This document shows positions 8,291 through 18,541 of a stretch of 64,000 nucleotides of DNA, one piece after another. The stretch is from assembly GCA_963749075.1 (NCBI GenBank), contig CAVVLJ010000016.1, positions 224,001-288,000 of the forward strand, written 5' to 3'. Position 1 is the stretch's first letter. Every line of letters begins with the position of its first letter. The position numbers and the translations under genes were made by a program. The notes beneath the pieces are model-generated. The model was not told the origin of the DNA. It ran no database searches and saw only the letters and a program-made list of their open reading frames with translations. The stretch comes from an uncultured Pseudomonadota bacterium. Lineage in GTDB: Bacteria > Pseudomonadota > Alphaproteobacteria > JACZXZ01.

Positions 8291-11200
8291 TCACTCCAGC
8301 TCGTCGAGAAGGGCCTTCGCCTCTCGCAGATCGGGCGTGTCGAGACCCTCGGTGAACCAGCCGTAAATGGGTGCCAGGAGGTCGCGCGCCTCTTTCGCAC
8401 GGCCCTCCTTGCGCCACAGCAGTGCTAAGCCGAGCGCGGCCCGCAGTTCGAGCGATTTCGCCTGCGCCTCGCGCGCCATTGCCAGCGCTTGAGCGTAGAG
8501 CTGCTCCGCCGCCAACCCATCTGCCGGTGCCAGCGCCACGCGTAGATCTCCTCTGACGCGCAGGAGAAGGGGGATCCAAACGAGCTCGGCCTTGCGCTCG
8601 ATTTCGGCATCGGCATCGTCCAGAGCAGCACCCGCCATGTCGATGTGGCCACCGCGCAACTCGACCTCGGCCAAGGCCGCGATGACAAACCCCAGCATCA
8701 CCGATGCGGCAGCCCTGTAAACTCGGATCGCTTCGCGCAGCTCGCCGAGGGCCTCTTCAACCTCCCCCATCTGGGCGCGCGCCCAGCTGCGGATGATGCC
8801 GCCCATTGCCTCATATTGCGCCAGCCCGTGCTCGCAGCCCAAGGTGACCAGTCGTTCACCAGTATCGAGGACGGCAGGGGCGTCCCGACGCATCATATGG
8901 ATGACGCCGGCGAACCACAGCGAATGTGCGATGCTCGGCACGTGCGCCAGATCATTGGCGAGGTCCATACCTTGGCGCACGCTTTTCAGCGCCTGATCGG
9001 GATAGCCCAGCAACCACAACGCTATTGCCCCCAGCCCGGCGCCGCACACTGCCGGGTCATGGCCGCCATAAAGCAGTGCGTGCGTGCCGTGCTCCTTGCG
9101 ATCGTAGAGTTTGAGACCCTGGTGCACATGCTCGCGGGAGCCGATGAGATCGCCGTGAAAGGTCAGGGTCGCCCAAGCGGCATGATGCGCCTGCATGCGC
9201 AGCCCGGGATCGCCCAGGGGCTCCGCCACGCGAAACAGCTCGTCGACGAGGCTCTCGCGGTGGCCGCCCTCACCACTTTGTCCTGTCGACAGCCATAAAC
9301 CCCAGAGCGCCGCAAACAAAGACCAATGGTCGCCCGAACTCTCGGCCAATTGGCGCGCACGCCGATAAGCGGAATCGGCTTCCGGAATGCCGAATCCGTA
9401 AATCGACATCACCGCCGGGCCGAGCGCCAATTGCAGCGCCAGCTCCAAGCGGATGCGTTCGGGCGTCTCGGCAAGTGCTGCCAGCGTCTCGATCCCGCGG
9501 CGAAGATGCGCGGTCGCCTCGACATTGGCGGAGCGCCCGGCCTCGCGCCGGCCCGCCGCGAGCCAGTAGGACGCGGCGCGCTCCGGCTGGCCGGCCTCGG
9601 CGAGGTGATGCGCCAGGATCTCCGGCTCCCGCTCCGCACGATCCGGCATGCGCGTCTCGATCGCCTCGGCGATGCGCCCATGCAAGGCCTGGCGCGGGCC
9701 GCGCAACAGCGTGCCGTAGGCGGTATCCTGCACGAGAGCGTGCTTGAACTGGTAGTCGGCCGCGGGCGGCATGCCGCGCTGGAAGACGAGGCCGGCGGCG
9801 ACGAGGCGAGCGAGCGCCTCCCGCGTCTCCGCTTCCGCGCGCGGGGCGACGGCGGCAACGAGCTCGTGGGGAAACTCGCGGCCGATCGCAGCCCCGGTCT
9901 GGGCGACCTCGCGGGCGGCAGCTCCCAGCCGGTCGAGGCGCGCCATCAGCGAGGCCTGCAAGGTCGCCGGCACGGCAGGCCTGGCTCCGGGGATCGCCGC
10001 AAGGGCGCGCGCCTTGGCGGCATCCGGCCCGTCCGCGGCTTCGAGCACGACTTTCGTCACCTCCTCGAGGAAGAGCGGCACCCCGTCGGTCCGCTCGATG
10101 ATCTCCTCGACGATATCGTCGGGGAGGGCGGCGGCGTTTCCGGCGAGCTGGCGGACGAGCGCGGCCCCCTCCCGCCGGCCGAGGCGTGAGAGGGCGAGCA
10201 TCGTGACATGCGCCTGGCCGATCCACGGCGGCTGAAACTCCGGCCGGAACGTGGCGATCAGCAGCACCGGCAGCCGCTCGGCCCGGGCAATCGTGCGGTC
10301 GAGCAGCTCGCGCGAGGTGGGATCCATCCAGTGCAGATCCTCGAAGACCATCAGCACCGGTTGTTGCGCCGCGAGGCTTTCGAGAATGCGCAGCAGTGCG
10401 TCGAAGGTCTTTTCTTTTTTGCGTTGCGGAGTGAGTTCGAGCGACGATCGGGATTCGCCACCCGGAAGCGAGAGCAATTCCGCAAGAAGCGGCAGGTCGT
10501 CTTCGGCCGGCCCACGCGCCAGCAATTCCGCGAGCTTTCGCTGCTTCCTCGCCGCATCATCGCCGCGCGCGAAGCCCGCGGCGCGCTCGAGATGGCCGAT
10601 GATCGGGTAGAAGGCACTTTCGCTGTGATGCGGCGAGCAGAAATAGCGCAGCCGCCGGTGGGGCTCGGCGCCGATGCGCTCCTCGAGCGCCTCGGCCAGC
10701 CGCGACTTGCCGATCCCCGGCTCGGCCGAGAGCAGCACCACGCGGCCTTCGCCCGATTTGGCCTGGGCCCAGCGGCGCAGCAAGAGTTCGACCTCCTCGT
10801 CGCGGCCGACGAGCGGCGCCGCGCGCGAGCGCAAGGCCTCGAAGCGGCTCGCGACATCGCTCTCGCCGAGCACCTGCCACGCCTGCTGCCTGGCGGCAAA
10901 GCCCTTGAGCGACTGCGGCTCGAGAGCCCGCACCTCGAAGAGGCTGCCGATCTGCCGGCGCGTGGCCTCGGCGATGATGATCGCATTGGGTGCGGCAAGC
11001 GCCTGCAGTCGCGCCGCAAGATTGGGCGTTTCGCCCACTACGGACTGCTCCTGCGCGGCACCCGCGCCGATGAGGTCGCCGACCACGGCGAGGCCGGTCG
11101 CGATGCCGAGCCGCACTTCGAGGCGTTGCGGCAAGTCGAGACGGCCGACCGCCTCGACGATGGCGAGGCCGGCGCGCACGGCCTGCTCGGCATCCTCCTC

Positions 11201-11677
11201 ATGGGCCTCCGGGTAGCCGAAATAGGCGAGGATGCCGTCGCCCATGTATTTCGCGACAAAGCCGCCGAAGCCGGTCAACAGCTCGGCGACGCGGCGGTGG
11301 TAGACGGCGATGATCTCGCGCAGATCCTCGGGATCGAGACGCGTCGCCAGCTCGGTCGAGCCGACCACGTCGCAGAACATGATGGTGAGCTGGCGGCGCT
11401 CGGCCGAGGCGGCGTCGGCGGGCTCGGAGGGGCCGATCACCTCTCCCGGAGCCGTCTCCCCCCGCGGCGCGCCGCCGCGGGGTGCTGGACCTTCGCGTAA
11501 GGCGGAGATCGCCGCGAGTAGCTTGCGCCGGTGACCGATCGAGCTCACTCCCAGAGCGACCAGATCTTCGGCCGTCAACTCAGGCAGAACCGCGCCGTCG
11601 ACGTCGTTGTCGCGGAAAGCCGGCTCATATTGCTCGAGGCCGAGCGCGCGCAGCCAAGCGGTCACGTCGGTCGACAT
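8291..11677 (-). CDS. SAM domain - class III adenylate/guanylate cyclase - AAA ATPase - TPR-like protein
   Basis: WLRALGLEQY..F..NDVD (SAM), ERRQLTIMFCDVVGST and KYMGDG (cyclase), AEPGIGKSRL (Walker A), FEDLHW, C-terminal WFTEGLDTPDLREAKALL. Confidence 0.92.
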   Translation of the reverse strand: MSTDVTAWLRALGLEQYEPAFRDNDVDGAVLPELTAEDLVALGVSSIGHRRKLLAAISALREGPAPRGGAPRGETAPGEVIGPSEPADAASAERRQLTIMFCDVVGSTELATRLDPEDLREIIAVYHRRVAELLTGFGGFVAKYMGDGILAYFGYPEAHEEDAEQAVRAGLAIVEAVGRLDLPQRLEVRLGIATGLAVVGDLIGAGAAQEQSVVGETPNLAARLQALAAPNAIIIAEATRRQIGSLFEVRALEPQSLKGFAARQQAWQVLGESDVASRFEALRSRAAPLVGRDEEVELLLRRWAQAKSGEGRVVLLSAEPGIGKSRLAEALEERIGAEPHRRLRYFCSPHHSESAFYPIIGHLERAAGFARGDDAARKQRKLAELLARGPAEDDLPLLAELLSLPGGESRSSLELTPQRKKEKTFDALLRILESLAAQQPVLMVFEDLHWMDPTSRELLDRTIARAERLPVLLIATFRPEFQPPWIGQAHVTMLALSRLGRREGAALVRQLAGNAAALPDDIVEEIIERTDGVPLFLEEVTKVVLEAADGPDAAKARALAAIPGARPAVPATLQASLMARLDRLGAAAREVAQTGAAIGREFPHELVAAVAPRAEAETREALARLVAAGLVFQRGMPPAADYQFKHALVQDTAYGTLLRGPRQALHGRIAEAIETRMPDRAEREPEILAHHLAEAGQPERAASYWLAAGRREAGRSANVEATAHLRRGIETLAALAETPERIRLELALQLALGPAVMSIYGFGIPEADSAYRRARQLAESSGDHWSLFAALWGLWLSTGQSGEGGHRESLVDELFRVAEPLGDPGLRMQAHHAAWATLTFHGDLIGSREHVHQGLKLYDRKEHGTHALLYGGHDPAVCGAGLGAIALWLLGYPDQALKSVRQGMDLANDLAHVPSIAHSLWFAGVIHMMRRDAPAVLDTGERLVTLGCEHGLAQYEAMGGIIRSWARAQMGEVEEALGELREAIRVYRAAASVMLGFVIAALAEVELRGGHIDMAGAALDDADAEIERKAELVWIPLLLRVRGDLRVALAPADGLAAEQLYAQALAMAREAQAKSLELRAALGLALLWRKEGRAKEARDLLAPIYGWFTEGLDTPDLREAKALLDELE

Positions 11678-11782
11678 TGCTGCGTTTGCTCTCACCGGCC
11701 GAGGCGTCGCCGCCGCGCGCGATTTCGCCCCTCGGCCTTCACAGCCAGAGTCCGAGCGGCCGTAGGGGGCAATTTGGCAGGC

Positions 11783-11941
11783 ATGGCGTGGACTCCAATC
11801 ACCCGATCCCAGCATAGCCGAGAGCGTTCCCGTTACGGAAGCGGTCTGAGCGATGCCGAGCGGGCGACCTTCGCGTCCTTGTTGCCTGCGCCGAGGCGGG
11901 CGCGCCGAAAAGGCGCGCGATCAGAGACTGACCCGAAATGA
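11783..11941 (+). pseudogene. IS5-family transposase N-terminal remnant
   Basis: MAWTPITRSQHSRERSRYGSGLSDAERATFASLLP resembles the MWT..NR.RY.SDLTDAEW..P start of the IS5 transposase at 61187; truncated before a REP element. Confidence 0.7.
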
Positions 11942-11987
11942 CTCGTTGATTTCCAACGGGCTATTCGTCACCCGCGCGAAGGCGACT

Positions 11988-12137
11988 CCCTCTCCTCCTT
12001 CAGGAGGAGAGGGCCGGGGTGGGGAGGACTTGCCGCCGTCTGCAGCCGCGACAGCTGTGTTGACCGGACTTCTCCGAGCGAGGGCATTCGCCTGGCTTCA
12101 ATACCTCCTCACCCTACCCTCCTGAAGGAGGAGAGGG
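11988..12137. repeat. REP doublet/REPIN-like element, copy C
   Basis: Same inverted palindromic units; right unit carries a small deletion. Confidence 0.8.
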
Positions 12138-12333
12138 ATGCGCGTCAGCCCGAGCCTCGCGGGGGTCCATCTTTGACGCCGGATAGCGGACCAACACTGG
12201 AGTCCCGCCCTTGCTTTCGCGAGGCCCAGCCTGCGCGCTTGATGCTTGCGAATTGACGGGCTGCGGTTGACTTGGCCGCACGCGGGCGCTAACGTTGCCG
12301 GCTCAAGCGCGAGAAAATCACGGGAGGAGACAA

Positions 12334-13587
12334 ATGATACGGAAGTCATCGCTTGCAGTATTTGTCGGATCGTTTTTCGCTATTACTTGCGCGGCCCATG
12401 CGGCGGACGCGCCGGCCGAGATCAAGCTCGGCACGCTCTATGCCTCCTCGGGCAATTTCGCCAGCATCTCCATGCCGGTCCATTACGGGCTCAAGCTGTG
12501 GGTCGACCAGAAGAACGCCGAGGGCGGCGTCTTCGTCAAGGCCTTCGACAAGAAGATACCCGTGAAGCTCGTGGAGTACGACGACCAGAGCAATACCGCG
12601 ACCGCGGCGACGCTCTACGACCAGCTCATCACCCAGGACAAGGTCGACATCCTGGTCGCGGATTCGGGCTCGGTCCTGACCTCGGTCGCGGTGCCCATCG
12701 CGCGCGAGCACAAGATGCTGCTCATCGACCAGACGGGCACGGGGGCTAACTTCTTCACGAAGGACAACCCCTACATCGTGCTGATGGCCGATCCGGTCTC
12801 CAGCATATGGCCCAAGTACGTGGCCAACTTCCTCACCAAGGACGGGCCCGCGCTGGGCATCAAGCGCGTCGCCATCCTTTACTCGACCAACGACTTCACC
12901 GGCACCCAGGCCAACGCCGTGCGCTCCTTCATCAAGGAGAGCAAGGCGCCCGTCGAGATCGTCTACGACAACGGCGTGCCGACCAATACCACGAGCTACA
13001 CCGTGATCATCAACAACATCGCAGCCACCAATCCGGACGCCGTGGTCGAGCTCGGCTATCCCAACAACGACATCTCCTTCCTGCGCAACCTCCAGGGTGC
13101 CGGCACCAAGTTCAAGTGGCTCTTCGCCATCTATCCCGGCCTCGAGACCGAGCTCCTCGAGAAGAACGTCGGCGCCGCCGGCCTCATGCACGTCTTCACC
13201 TACGTGACCTCCTCGGTGATCGCCTACAAGCCCGAGTTCGGCATGTCGCTCGCCGATTTCCACGCGGCCTGGGAGAAGAAGTACGGCGACGCCAAGGTCG
13301 AGTTCGGCTTCAACTCGGTCGCCGGCTACACCACGGGCCTGGTGCTCGAATCGGCACTCGCCGCCGCGGGCAGCCTCGACCAGCTCGAGCTCAGGAAGGC
13401 GATCTTCGGCCTCTCCGGCAAGCTTAAGACCATCGACGGCACCTTCGAGCTCGACGAGATGGGCGCCCAGATCGGCGAGATCACGCCGCTCGGCCAGATC
13501 GCGTCCGACGGCAAGGGCGGCGTCAAGTTCGTCGTCGTCTACCCGCCCGACGTGGCAACGGGAAAGCCGGTCTACCCGGCGCCGTGA
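12334..13587 (+). CDS. Branched-chain amino acid-type ABC transporter substrate-binding protein
   Basis: SD GGGAGGAG, signal peptide, EIKLG..SG.FA, YDDQS, LITQDKVD (LivJ/K-like fold). Confidence 0.9.
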   Translation: MIRKSSLAVFVGSFFAITCAAHAADAPAEIKLGTLYASSGNFASISMPVHYGLKLWVDQKNAEGGVFVKAFDKKIPVKLVEYDDQSNTATAATLYDQLITQDKVDILVADSGSVLTSVAVPIAREHKMLLIDQTGTGANFFTKDNPYIVLMADPVSSIWPKYVANFLTKDGPALGIKRVAILYSTNDFTGTQANAVRSFIKESKAPVEIVYDNGVPTNTTSYTVIINNIAATNPDAVVELGYPNNDISFLRNLQGAGTKFKWLFAIYPGLETELLEKNVGAAGLMHVFTYVTSSVIAYKPEFGMSLADFHAAWEKKYGDAKVEFGFNSVAGYTTGLVLESALAAAGSLDQLELRKAIFGLSGKLKTIDGTFELDEMGAQIGEITPLGQIASDGKGGVKFVVVYPPDVATGKPVYPAP

Positions 13588-13686
13588 GCGGGATCGTTTC
13601 CGTTGTCGTCCTGCTCACCGAAGCTCGTCCGCGCGGGGCCGCGAATTGACGCACGCATCTTGAGGAGGCTTGCAGTACCGCCGTGG

Positions 13687-13798
13687 GTCCTTCGTGACGC
13701 AACCCTTCGGGTTGCTCCTCAGGATGAGGAAATATTGCGTGTGGCAGAAAGACTTAGCCTCATCCTGAGGAGCGAGCGCAGCGAGCGTCTCGAAGGAC
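13687..13798. repeat. Second REP family inverted doublet (CCTCATCCTGAGGAGC..GCGTCTCGAAGGAC type)
   Basis: GTCCTTCGTGACGC..GCTCCTCAGGATGAGG (13687-13729) inverted against CCTCATCCTGAGGAGC..GCGTCTCGAAGGAC (13758-13798); sits between SBP and permease genes. Confidence 0.8.
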
Positions 13799-13908
13799 GC
13801 ACTGTGGCCGGTCCGAGTCGCCGCTGTGCAGCGCGAGAGGCTGTTTCGCCGGCGACAATCGGGCTTGCGTGAATCCCCCCAACGATTTCCTGGCTCCGGA
13901 CCCTCCCG

Positions 13909-14784
13909 ATGCTCGCCTACACGCTTCTCGCAGGCCTCCTCTTCGGTCTCTATTTCAGCCTGGTGGGGCTCGGCCTCAACCTGGTGTTCGGCGTCATGCG
14001 CATCGTCAATCTCGCGCACGGCGACTTCCTCATGCTCGGCGCCTTCGCGGCCTTCTGGCTCTTCAACCTTTGGGGCATGAGCCCGTATGTCTCGGTCTTC
14101 GTCGTCCTCGCGGTCTTCGCGCTCCTTGGCCTGCCGCTCTATTATCTCTTCGTGCCGCGCCTGCTCCTCGCCAAGGACCCGGAGATGCTCTCGATCATCC
14201 TCTTCTTCGGCCTCTCGCAGGTGATCGAGGCGCTCACCGCGATCGCCTTCGGCGCGAGCGAGCGCTCCATTCCCGGCAACGTGCTCGGCAGCGGGCCTTT
14301 GCGCCTCTTCGGCCAGAGCTTTCCCGCCGCCTGGATCGCGAGCGGGATCGCGAGCGCCTTGGCCGTGCTCGGCGTCTATCTTTATCTCTACCGCACGCGC
14401 ATCGGCTACCTCACGCGCGCCGTGATGGTGCACCGCGAGGAGGCGCTGGCGACCGGCATCGACGTGCACAGGGTATCGGCCATCGCCTTCGGCGTCGGCC
14501 TGGCGCTTGCCGCCGTGGCCGGCGTCTTTGCACCCTTCATGCTCGGCAGCGTGACACCCGCGATGGGCGTCGACATCAATATCACCGCCTTCGCGGTGAT
14601 CGTGGTGGGCTCGCTCGGCAATCCGCTCGGCACGGTGCTCGGCGGCATCGTCTACGGCATCTCGCTCATGGTCATGCAGAGCTACTTGAGCTCCTGGGCC
14701 AATCTCCTGCCCTATCTCCTCCTCATCGCCATCCTACTGGTGCGGCCGAGCGGCCTCCTGGGCCGGCAGGTGCGCCGTGCCTAG
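13909..14784 (+). CDS. Branched-chain amino acid ABC permease (LivH-like)
   Basis: GLNLVFGVMRIVNLAHGDF, LLVRPSGLLG. Confidence 0.92.
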   Translation: MLAYTLLAGLLFGLYFSLVGLGLNLVFGVMRIVNLAHGDFLMLGAFAAFWLFNLWGMSPYVSVFVVLAVFALLGLPLYYLFVPRLLLAKDPEMLSIILFFGLSQVIEALTAIAFGASERSIPGNVLGSGPLRLFGQSFPAAWIASGIASALAVLGVYLYLYRTRIGYLTRAVMVHREEALATGIDVHRVSAIAFGVGLALAAVAGVFAPFMLGSVTPAMGVDINITAFAVIVVGSLGNPLGTVLGGIVYGISLMVMQSYLSSWANLLPYLLLIAILLVRPSGLLGRQVRRA

Positions 14785-15697
14785 GGCGCTCGGCCATACG
14801 CTCTTCGTCCTCGTGCCGGTGGTCGCCGCGGCGGCGCTCCTCCCCTTCGTCTATACGAACCAGCTCCTGCTCTTCAACTTCGTGGTGTTCCTGACGCTCG
14901 CCCAGGGCGTCAACATCATTTACGGCTTCACCGGCTATCTGCCCTTCGGCTATTCCGGCTTCTTCGGCGCCGGCGCCTACGGCTTCTCGCTCGCCGTCAT
15001 GCATCTCCACGCAGCGCCGCTCCCGGCGCTCGCGGCCGGCGGCGCTGCGGCGATCCTTCTCGGGCTCATCTTGACGCCGCTCTTGCGGCTCTCCGGCGCC
15101 TATTTCGCCATCGCCAATCTCGCGGCCTCGCTCGCCGTCTTCCAGGTGGTCTCCAACCCGAACCTCGAGGAGATCACCAAGGGCCCCTACGGCATCAGCC
15201 TCACGGGCGTCTTCAGCCCGCATTTCAGCTATGGCGTCGCCGTCGGCTTCCTCGCCTTCACGCTCGGCCTCGTCGTCTATTTGCGCAACTCGCGCTTCGG
15301 CCTGTCGCTCCAGGCGATCCGCGAGGATGCCGTGAGCGCCGCCATGGCCGGGGTGAACGTGGTGCGCAGCCGCATGCTGGCCTGGCTCATGAGCGCCCTT
15401 GTGGCCGGTTTGAGCGGCGGCGTCTTCGCCTGGTACGTCTCGGTCTTCTATCCCGAGACGGTATTCAGCCTCGACTTCAGCATCTTCGCCATCGTCTTCG
15501 CCCTTTTCGGCGGGATCGCCACCATCAGCGGGCCGATCCTCGGCGTCGTCATCCTCTACGGCATCTACAACGCGATCGGCATCTCGACCCCGCAGTATTT
15601 CCAGCTCATCTACGGGCTCCTCATCGTCGGCCTCGTGCTCTTCCTGCCGAACGGCCTCGTCTCGCTGGCAAGGCGCTGGGGGTTCGATGTCCCCTGA
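14777..15697 (+). CDS. Branched-chain amino acid ABC permease (LivM-like)
   Basis: GFTGYLPFG, LRLSGAYFAIA, AIREDAVSAAMAGVN, FLPNGL. Confidence 0.92.
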   Translation: MPRALGHTLFVLVPVVAAAALLPFVYTNQLLLFNFVVFLTLAQGVNIIYGFTGYLPFGYSGFFGAGAYGFSLAVMHLHAAPLPALAAGGAAAILLGLILTPLLRLSGAYFAIANLAASLAVFQVVSNPNLEEITKGPYGISLTGVFSPHFSYGVAVGFLAFTLGLVVYLRNSRFGLSLQAIREDAVSAAMAGVNVVRSRMLAWLMSALVAGLSGGVFAWYVSVFYPETVFSLDFSIFAIVFALFGGIATISGPILGVVILYGIYNAIGISTPQYFQLIYGLLIVGLVLFLPNGLVSLARRWGFDVP

Positions 15698-16430
15698 CGC
15701 AGCCGAGGGCCGGCGCCCGCTTCTTGCGGTCGAAGGGCTGGTCAAGCACTTCGGCGGCTTCCGCGCCCTCGACGAGCTCAGCTTCCATCTCATGGCGGGG
15801 GAGATCCTCGGCCTCGTCGGCCCCAACGGCTCGGGCAAGACCACCTGCATCAACGTCATCACCGGCCTCTATGGTCCGGACGACGGCCGGCTTTCGTTCG
15901 ACGGCCGCGAGATCGGCGGGCTTCCCTCCCACCGCCTCGTGCATCTCGGCATCAACCGCACCTTCCAGGTGCCGAAGCCGTTTCTCGGCCTCACCGTCAG
16001 GGAGAACGTCGAGGTGGCGGCGGCCTATGGCCGGCCGCGCGGCTTGGCACTCGACATCGAGGCGCTGCTTGCCTCCCTCGAGCTCGACGGCCGCGCCGGG
16101 CGGCAGGCGGGCGAGCTCAACAGCGTCGAGCAGAAGATGCTCGATCTGGCGCGGGCGCTCGCCACGGCGCCGCGCCTACTCTGTATCGACGAGCTCGCCG
16201 CCGGCTTGAACCCGGCCGAGCTCGGGCGCGTGGCAGCCCGGCTCAAGGCGCTGGCCGAGGCCGGCACAGCCCTCCTCGTCGTCGAGCATCTCATGGGCTT
16301 CATCGACCAGGTGACCGACCGGGTCATCGTGCTCAACGCCGGGCACGAGATCTTCGAGGGCGTGCTCGCCGACGCGGTCAAGGACCGCCAGGTGGTGGAG
16401 GTGTTCCTGGGGGTGGAGAATGGCGGCTGA
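15687..16430 (+). CDS. ABC ATP-binding protein (LivG-like)
   Basis: GPNGSGKTT, RTFQVPKPF, VVEH. Confidence 0.92.
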   Translation: MSPDAAEGRRPLLAVEGLVKHFGGFRALDELSFHLMAGEILGLVGPNGSGKTTCINVITGLYGPDDGRLSFDGREIGGLPSHRLVHLGINRTFQVPKPFLGLTVRENVEVAAAYGRPRGLALDIEALLASLELDGRAGRQAGELNSVEQKMLDLARALATAPRLLCIDELAAGLNPAELGRVAARLKALAEAGTALLVVEHLMGFIDQVTDRVIVLNAGHEIFEGVLADAVKDRQVVEVFLGVENGG

Positions 16431-17130
16431 GCTCCTCGCCGCCGAGGCGCTCGAGGCCGGCTACGGCCGCGTCCAGGTGCTGTGGGGTGCGGGCCTCGCG
16501 GTAGCAGAAGGGGAGACCGTGGTGCTCCTAGGCGCCAACGGAGCGGGCAAGACGACGTTGCTCAAGGTGATCATGGGGCTGTTGCCCGCCTGGCGCGGCA
16601 CCATCCGCTTTGCAGGATCGGACATCATCCATCTGCGCACCGACCGGCGCGTGCGCGCCGGCATCGCCTACATGTCGGAGACCGGCTGCTTTCCCGGCCT
16701 CAGCGTCGAGGAGAACCTGAGGATCGGCGGCCAGTTCATGGCTCAGGCGGCGCTCAAGGCGCGGCTCGCCGAGCTCTACGCGCTCTTCCCGGCACTCGCC
16801 GAGCGCAAGAAGGCGCTGGCGAGCAGCCTTTCGGGCGGCCAGCGCAAGATGCTCGGCATCGCCAAGGCGCTCGCCGGCAATCCCCGGCTCGCCGTCATGG
16901 ACGAGCCCTCGGCCGGCCTCTCGCCGCTCTTTGTCAAGGAGGTCATCCGCGTGCTCGGCGAGTTCAGCACCTCGGGCCTCTCGCTCCTCATCGCCGAGCA
17001 GAACGTCAAGTTCCTCGAGCTCGCCCACCGCGTCTATACGCTCGAGGGCGGCCGCATCGGCTTCGCAGGATCGGTCGCGGCGCTCCACGAGAACGACGCC
17101 TTGCGCCGCGCCTACTTCGGGCTGAGGTAG
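16420..17130 (+). CDS. ABC ATP-binding protein (LivF-like)
   Basis: GANGAGKTT, LSGGQRKML, DEPSAGLSP, AEQN. Confidence 0.92.
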   Translation: MAAELLAAEALEAGYGRVQVLWGAGLAVAEGETVVLLGANGAGKTTLLKVIMGLLPAWRGTIRFAGSDIIHLRTDRRVRAGIAYMSETGCFPGLSVEENLRIGGQFMAQAALKARLAELYALFPALAERKKALASSLSGGQRKMLGIAKALAGNPRLAVMDEPSAGLSPLFVKEVIRVLGEFSTSGLSLLIAEQNVKFLELAHRVYTLEGGRIGFAGSVAALHENDALRRAYFGLR

Positions 17131-17156
17131 CAAGCCACGGCCTCGCGCAAGATTAT

Positions 17157-17193
17157 CCTTGTAATCATGGAATGAAACTCCATAATTGCAAGG
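17157..17193 (+). promoter_or_regulatory. Palindromic operator overlapping a probable leaderless promoter
   Basis: CCTTGTAATCATGGA-N7-TCCATAATTGCAAGG (13/15 inverted match) ends 1 nt before ATG 17194; contains TTGTAA..CATAAT; no SD. Confidence 0.6.
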
Positions 17194-18360
17194 ATGATAC
17201 CTAGGCGCCTCGCAGAACAGCTGAATTACCTGCTCGACAACTATCCCGCAGTCGGGTTGCTCGGGCCACGCCAGGTCGGCAAAACGACGCTCGCACTGGA
17301 AGTGGCGGAACAGCGCGCCTCGGTCTACCTCGATCTGGAATCTGCCGCCGATCGGGCGAAGCTCGCGGATCCGGAATCCTACTTGGCCGAGTACGCCGAC
17401 CGGCTGGTCATTTTGGATGAAGTTCACCGCGCGCCGGAATTGTTCCAAAGCTTGCGTGGAGTGATCGACCGCGGACGGCGGCGGGGCAAGAAAGCCGGCC
17501 GCTTCCTGCTCCTGGGCTCCGCCGGCATCGACCTGCTCAAACAGTCGGGCGAGACGCTGGCAGGCCGCATCTCCTACATCGAGCTTGGCCCGCTCGACGT
17601 GCTGGAAGTCCCCGCCGCCGACCTGGACAGGTTATGGGTTCGCGGTGGTTTTCCATCGAGCTTCCTGGCGGCGGACGAAGCACTTAGCCTCAAATGGCGT
17701 CAGGATTTCATCCGCACCTATTTGGAGCGGGACATTCCGCAATTCGGACCGCGTATTGCTGCGGAGACGCTTCGCCGTTTCTGGACCATGCTTGCCCACA
17801 ATCAGGCCCAACTCCTGAATGCCGCCAGCATCGCGCGATCTCTCGGCGTCGACGGCAAGACGGTCGCTGGATACCTCGACCTGATGGTGGACTTGTTGCT
17901 GGTAAGACGACTGCCGGCCTGGCAACGCAATGAGGGCAAGCGCCTTGTCAAGTCGCCGAAGGTATATGTGCGCGATGCCGGGATAGCCCATGCGTTGCTG
18001 GGCCTCCGGAATAAAGACGACGTCTTGGGACACCCGGTGGCCGGACAGACATGGGAAAGCTTCGTCACCGAGGCGCTGATTGCCATGGCGCCCGAAGGCA
18101 CGGAAGCGAGCTTCTATCGCACCTCGGCGGGGGCGGAAGTCGATCTAGTGCTGGTACTGCCGAAGCGAAAATTATGGGCGATAGAAATCAAGCGAAGCAC
18201 CGCGCCAAAAGTCGAGCGCGGCTTTCATTCCGCGTGCGACGACCTGAAACCGCACCGACGCTTCGTGGTCTATCCCGGAAGCGAGCGCTTCTCGGTCGGG
18301 AACGACACGCAGGCCATTGGGCTCGCGTCGCTTGCCAAGGAGCTTCAGGCGCAGAGCTAA
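17194..18360 (+). CDS. AAA+ ATPase with DUF4143 and C-terminal PD-(D/E)XK-like motif (COG1373-like)
   Basis: GPRQVGKTT, ILDEVH, LLGSA, ETLAGRI, RGGFP, KSPKVYVRDAG, EVDLV..AIEIK. Confidence 0.9.
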   Translation: MIPRRLAEQLNYLLDNYPAVGLLGPRQVGKTTLALEVAEQRASVYLDLESAADRAKLADPESYLAEYADRLVILDEVHRAPELFQSLRGVIDRGRRRGKKAGRFLLLGSAGIDLLKQSGETLAGRISYIELGPLDVLEVPAADLDRLWVRGGFPSSFLAADEALSLKWRQDFIRTYLERDIPQFGPRIAAETLRRFWTMLAHNQAQLLNAASIARSLGVDGKTVAGYLDLMVDLLLVRRLPAWQRNEGKRLVKSPKVYVRDAGIAHALLGLRNKDDVLGHPVAGQTWESFVTEALIAMAPEGTEASFYRTSAGAEVDLVLVLPKRKLWAIEIKRSTAPKVERGFHSACDDLKPHRRFVVYPGSERFSVGNDTQAIGLASLAKELQAQS

Positions 18361-18541
18361 TCGCTGACGGATGCGCGCTCTTGCGTGGCGGCTTCAATGG
18401 CGTGCTTAATCGCGGCTTGCACCGCCGCGGTGCATGCATCGGCTGCTCTCGGCCGGTCCGCGTCCTGGATCTGCGCGCGGCGGGCCGCTTCGACGATCTC
18501 TGGTCCGGAACTCCCCCTCCACCTGTCGCGAGCTTTGAGCC

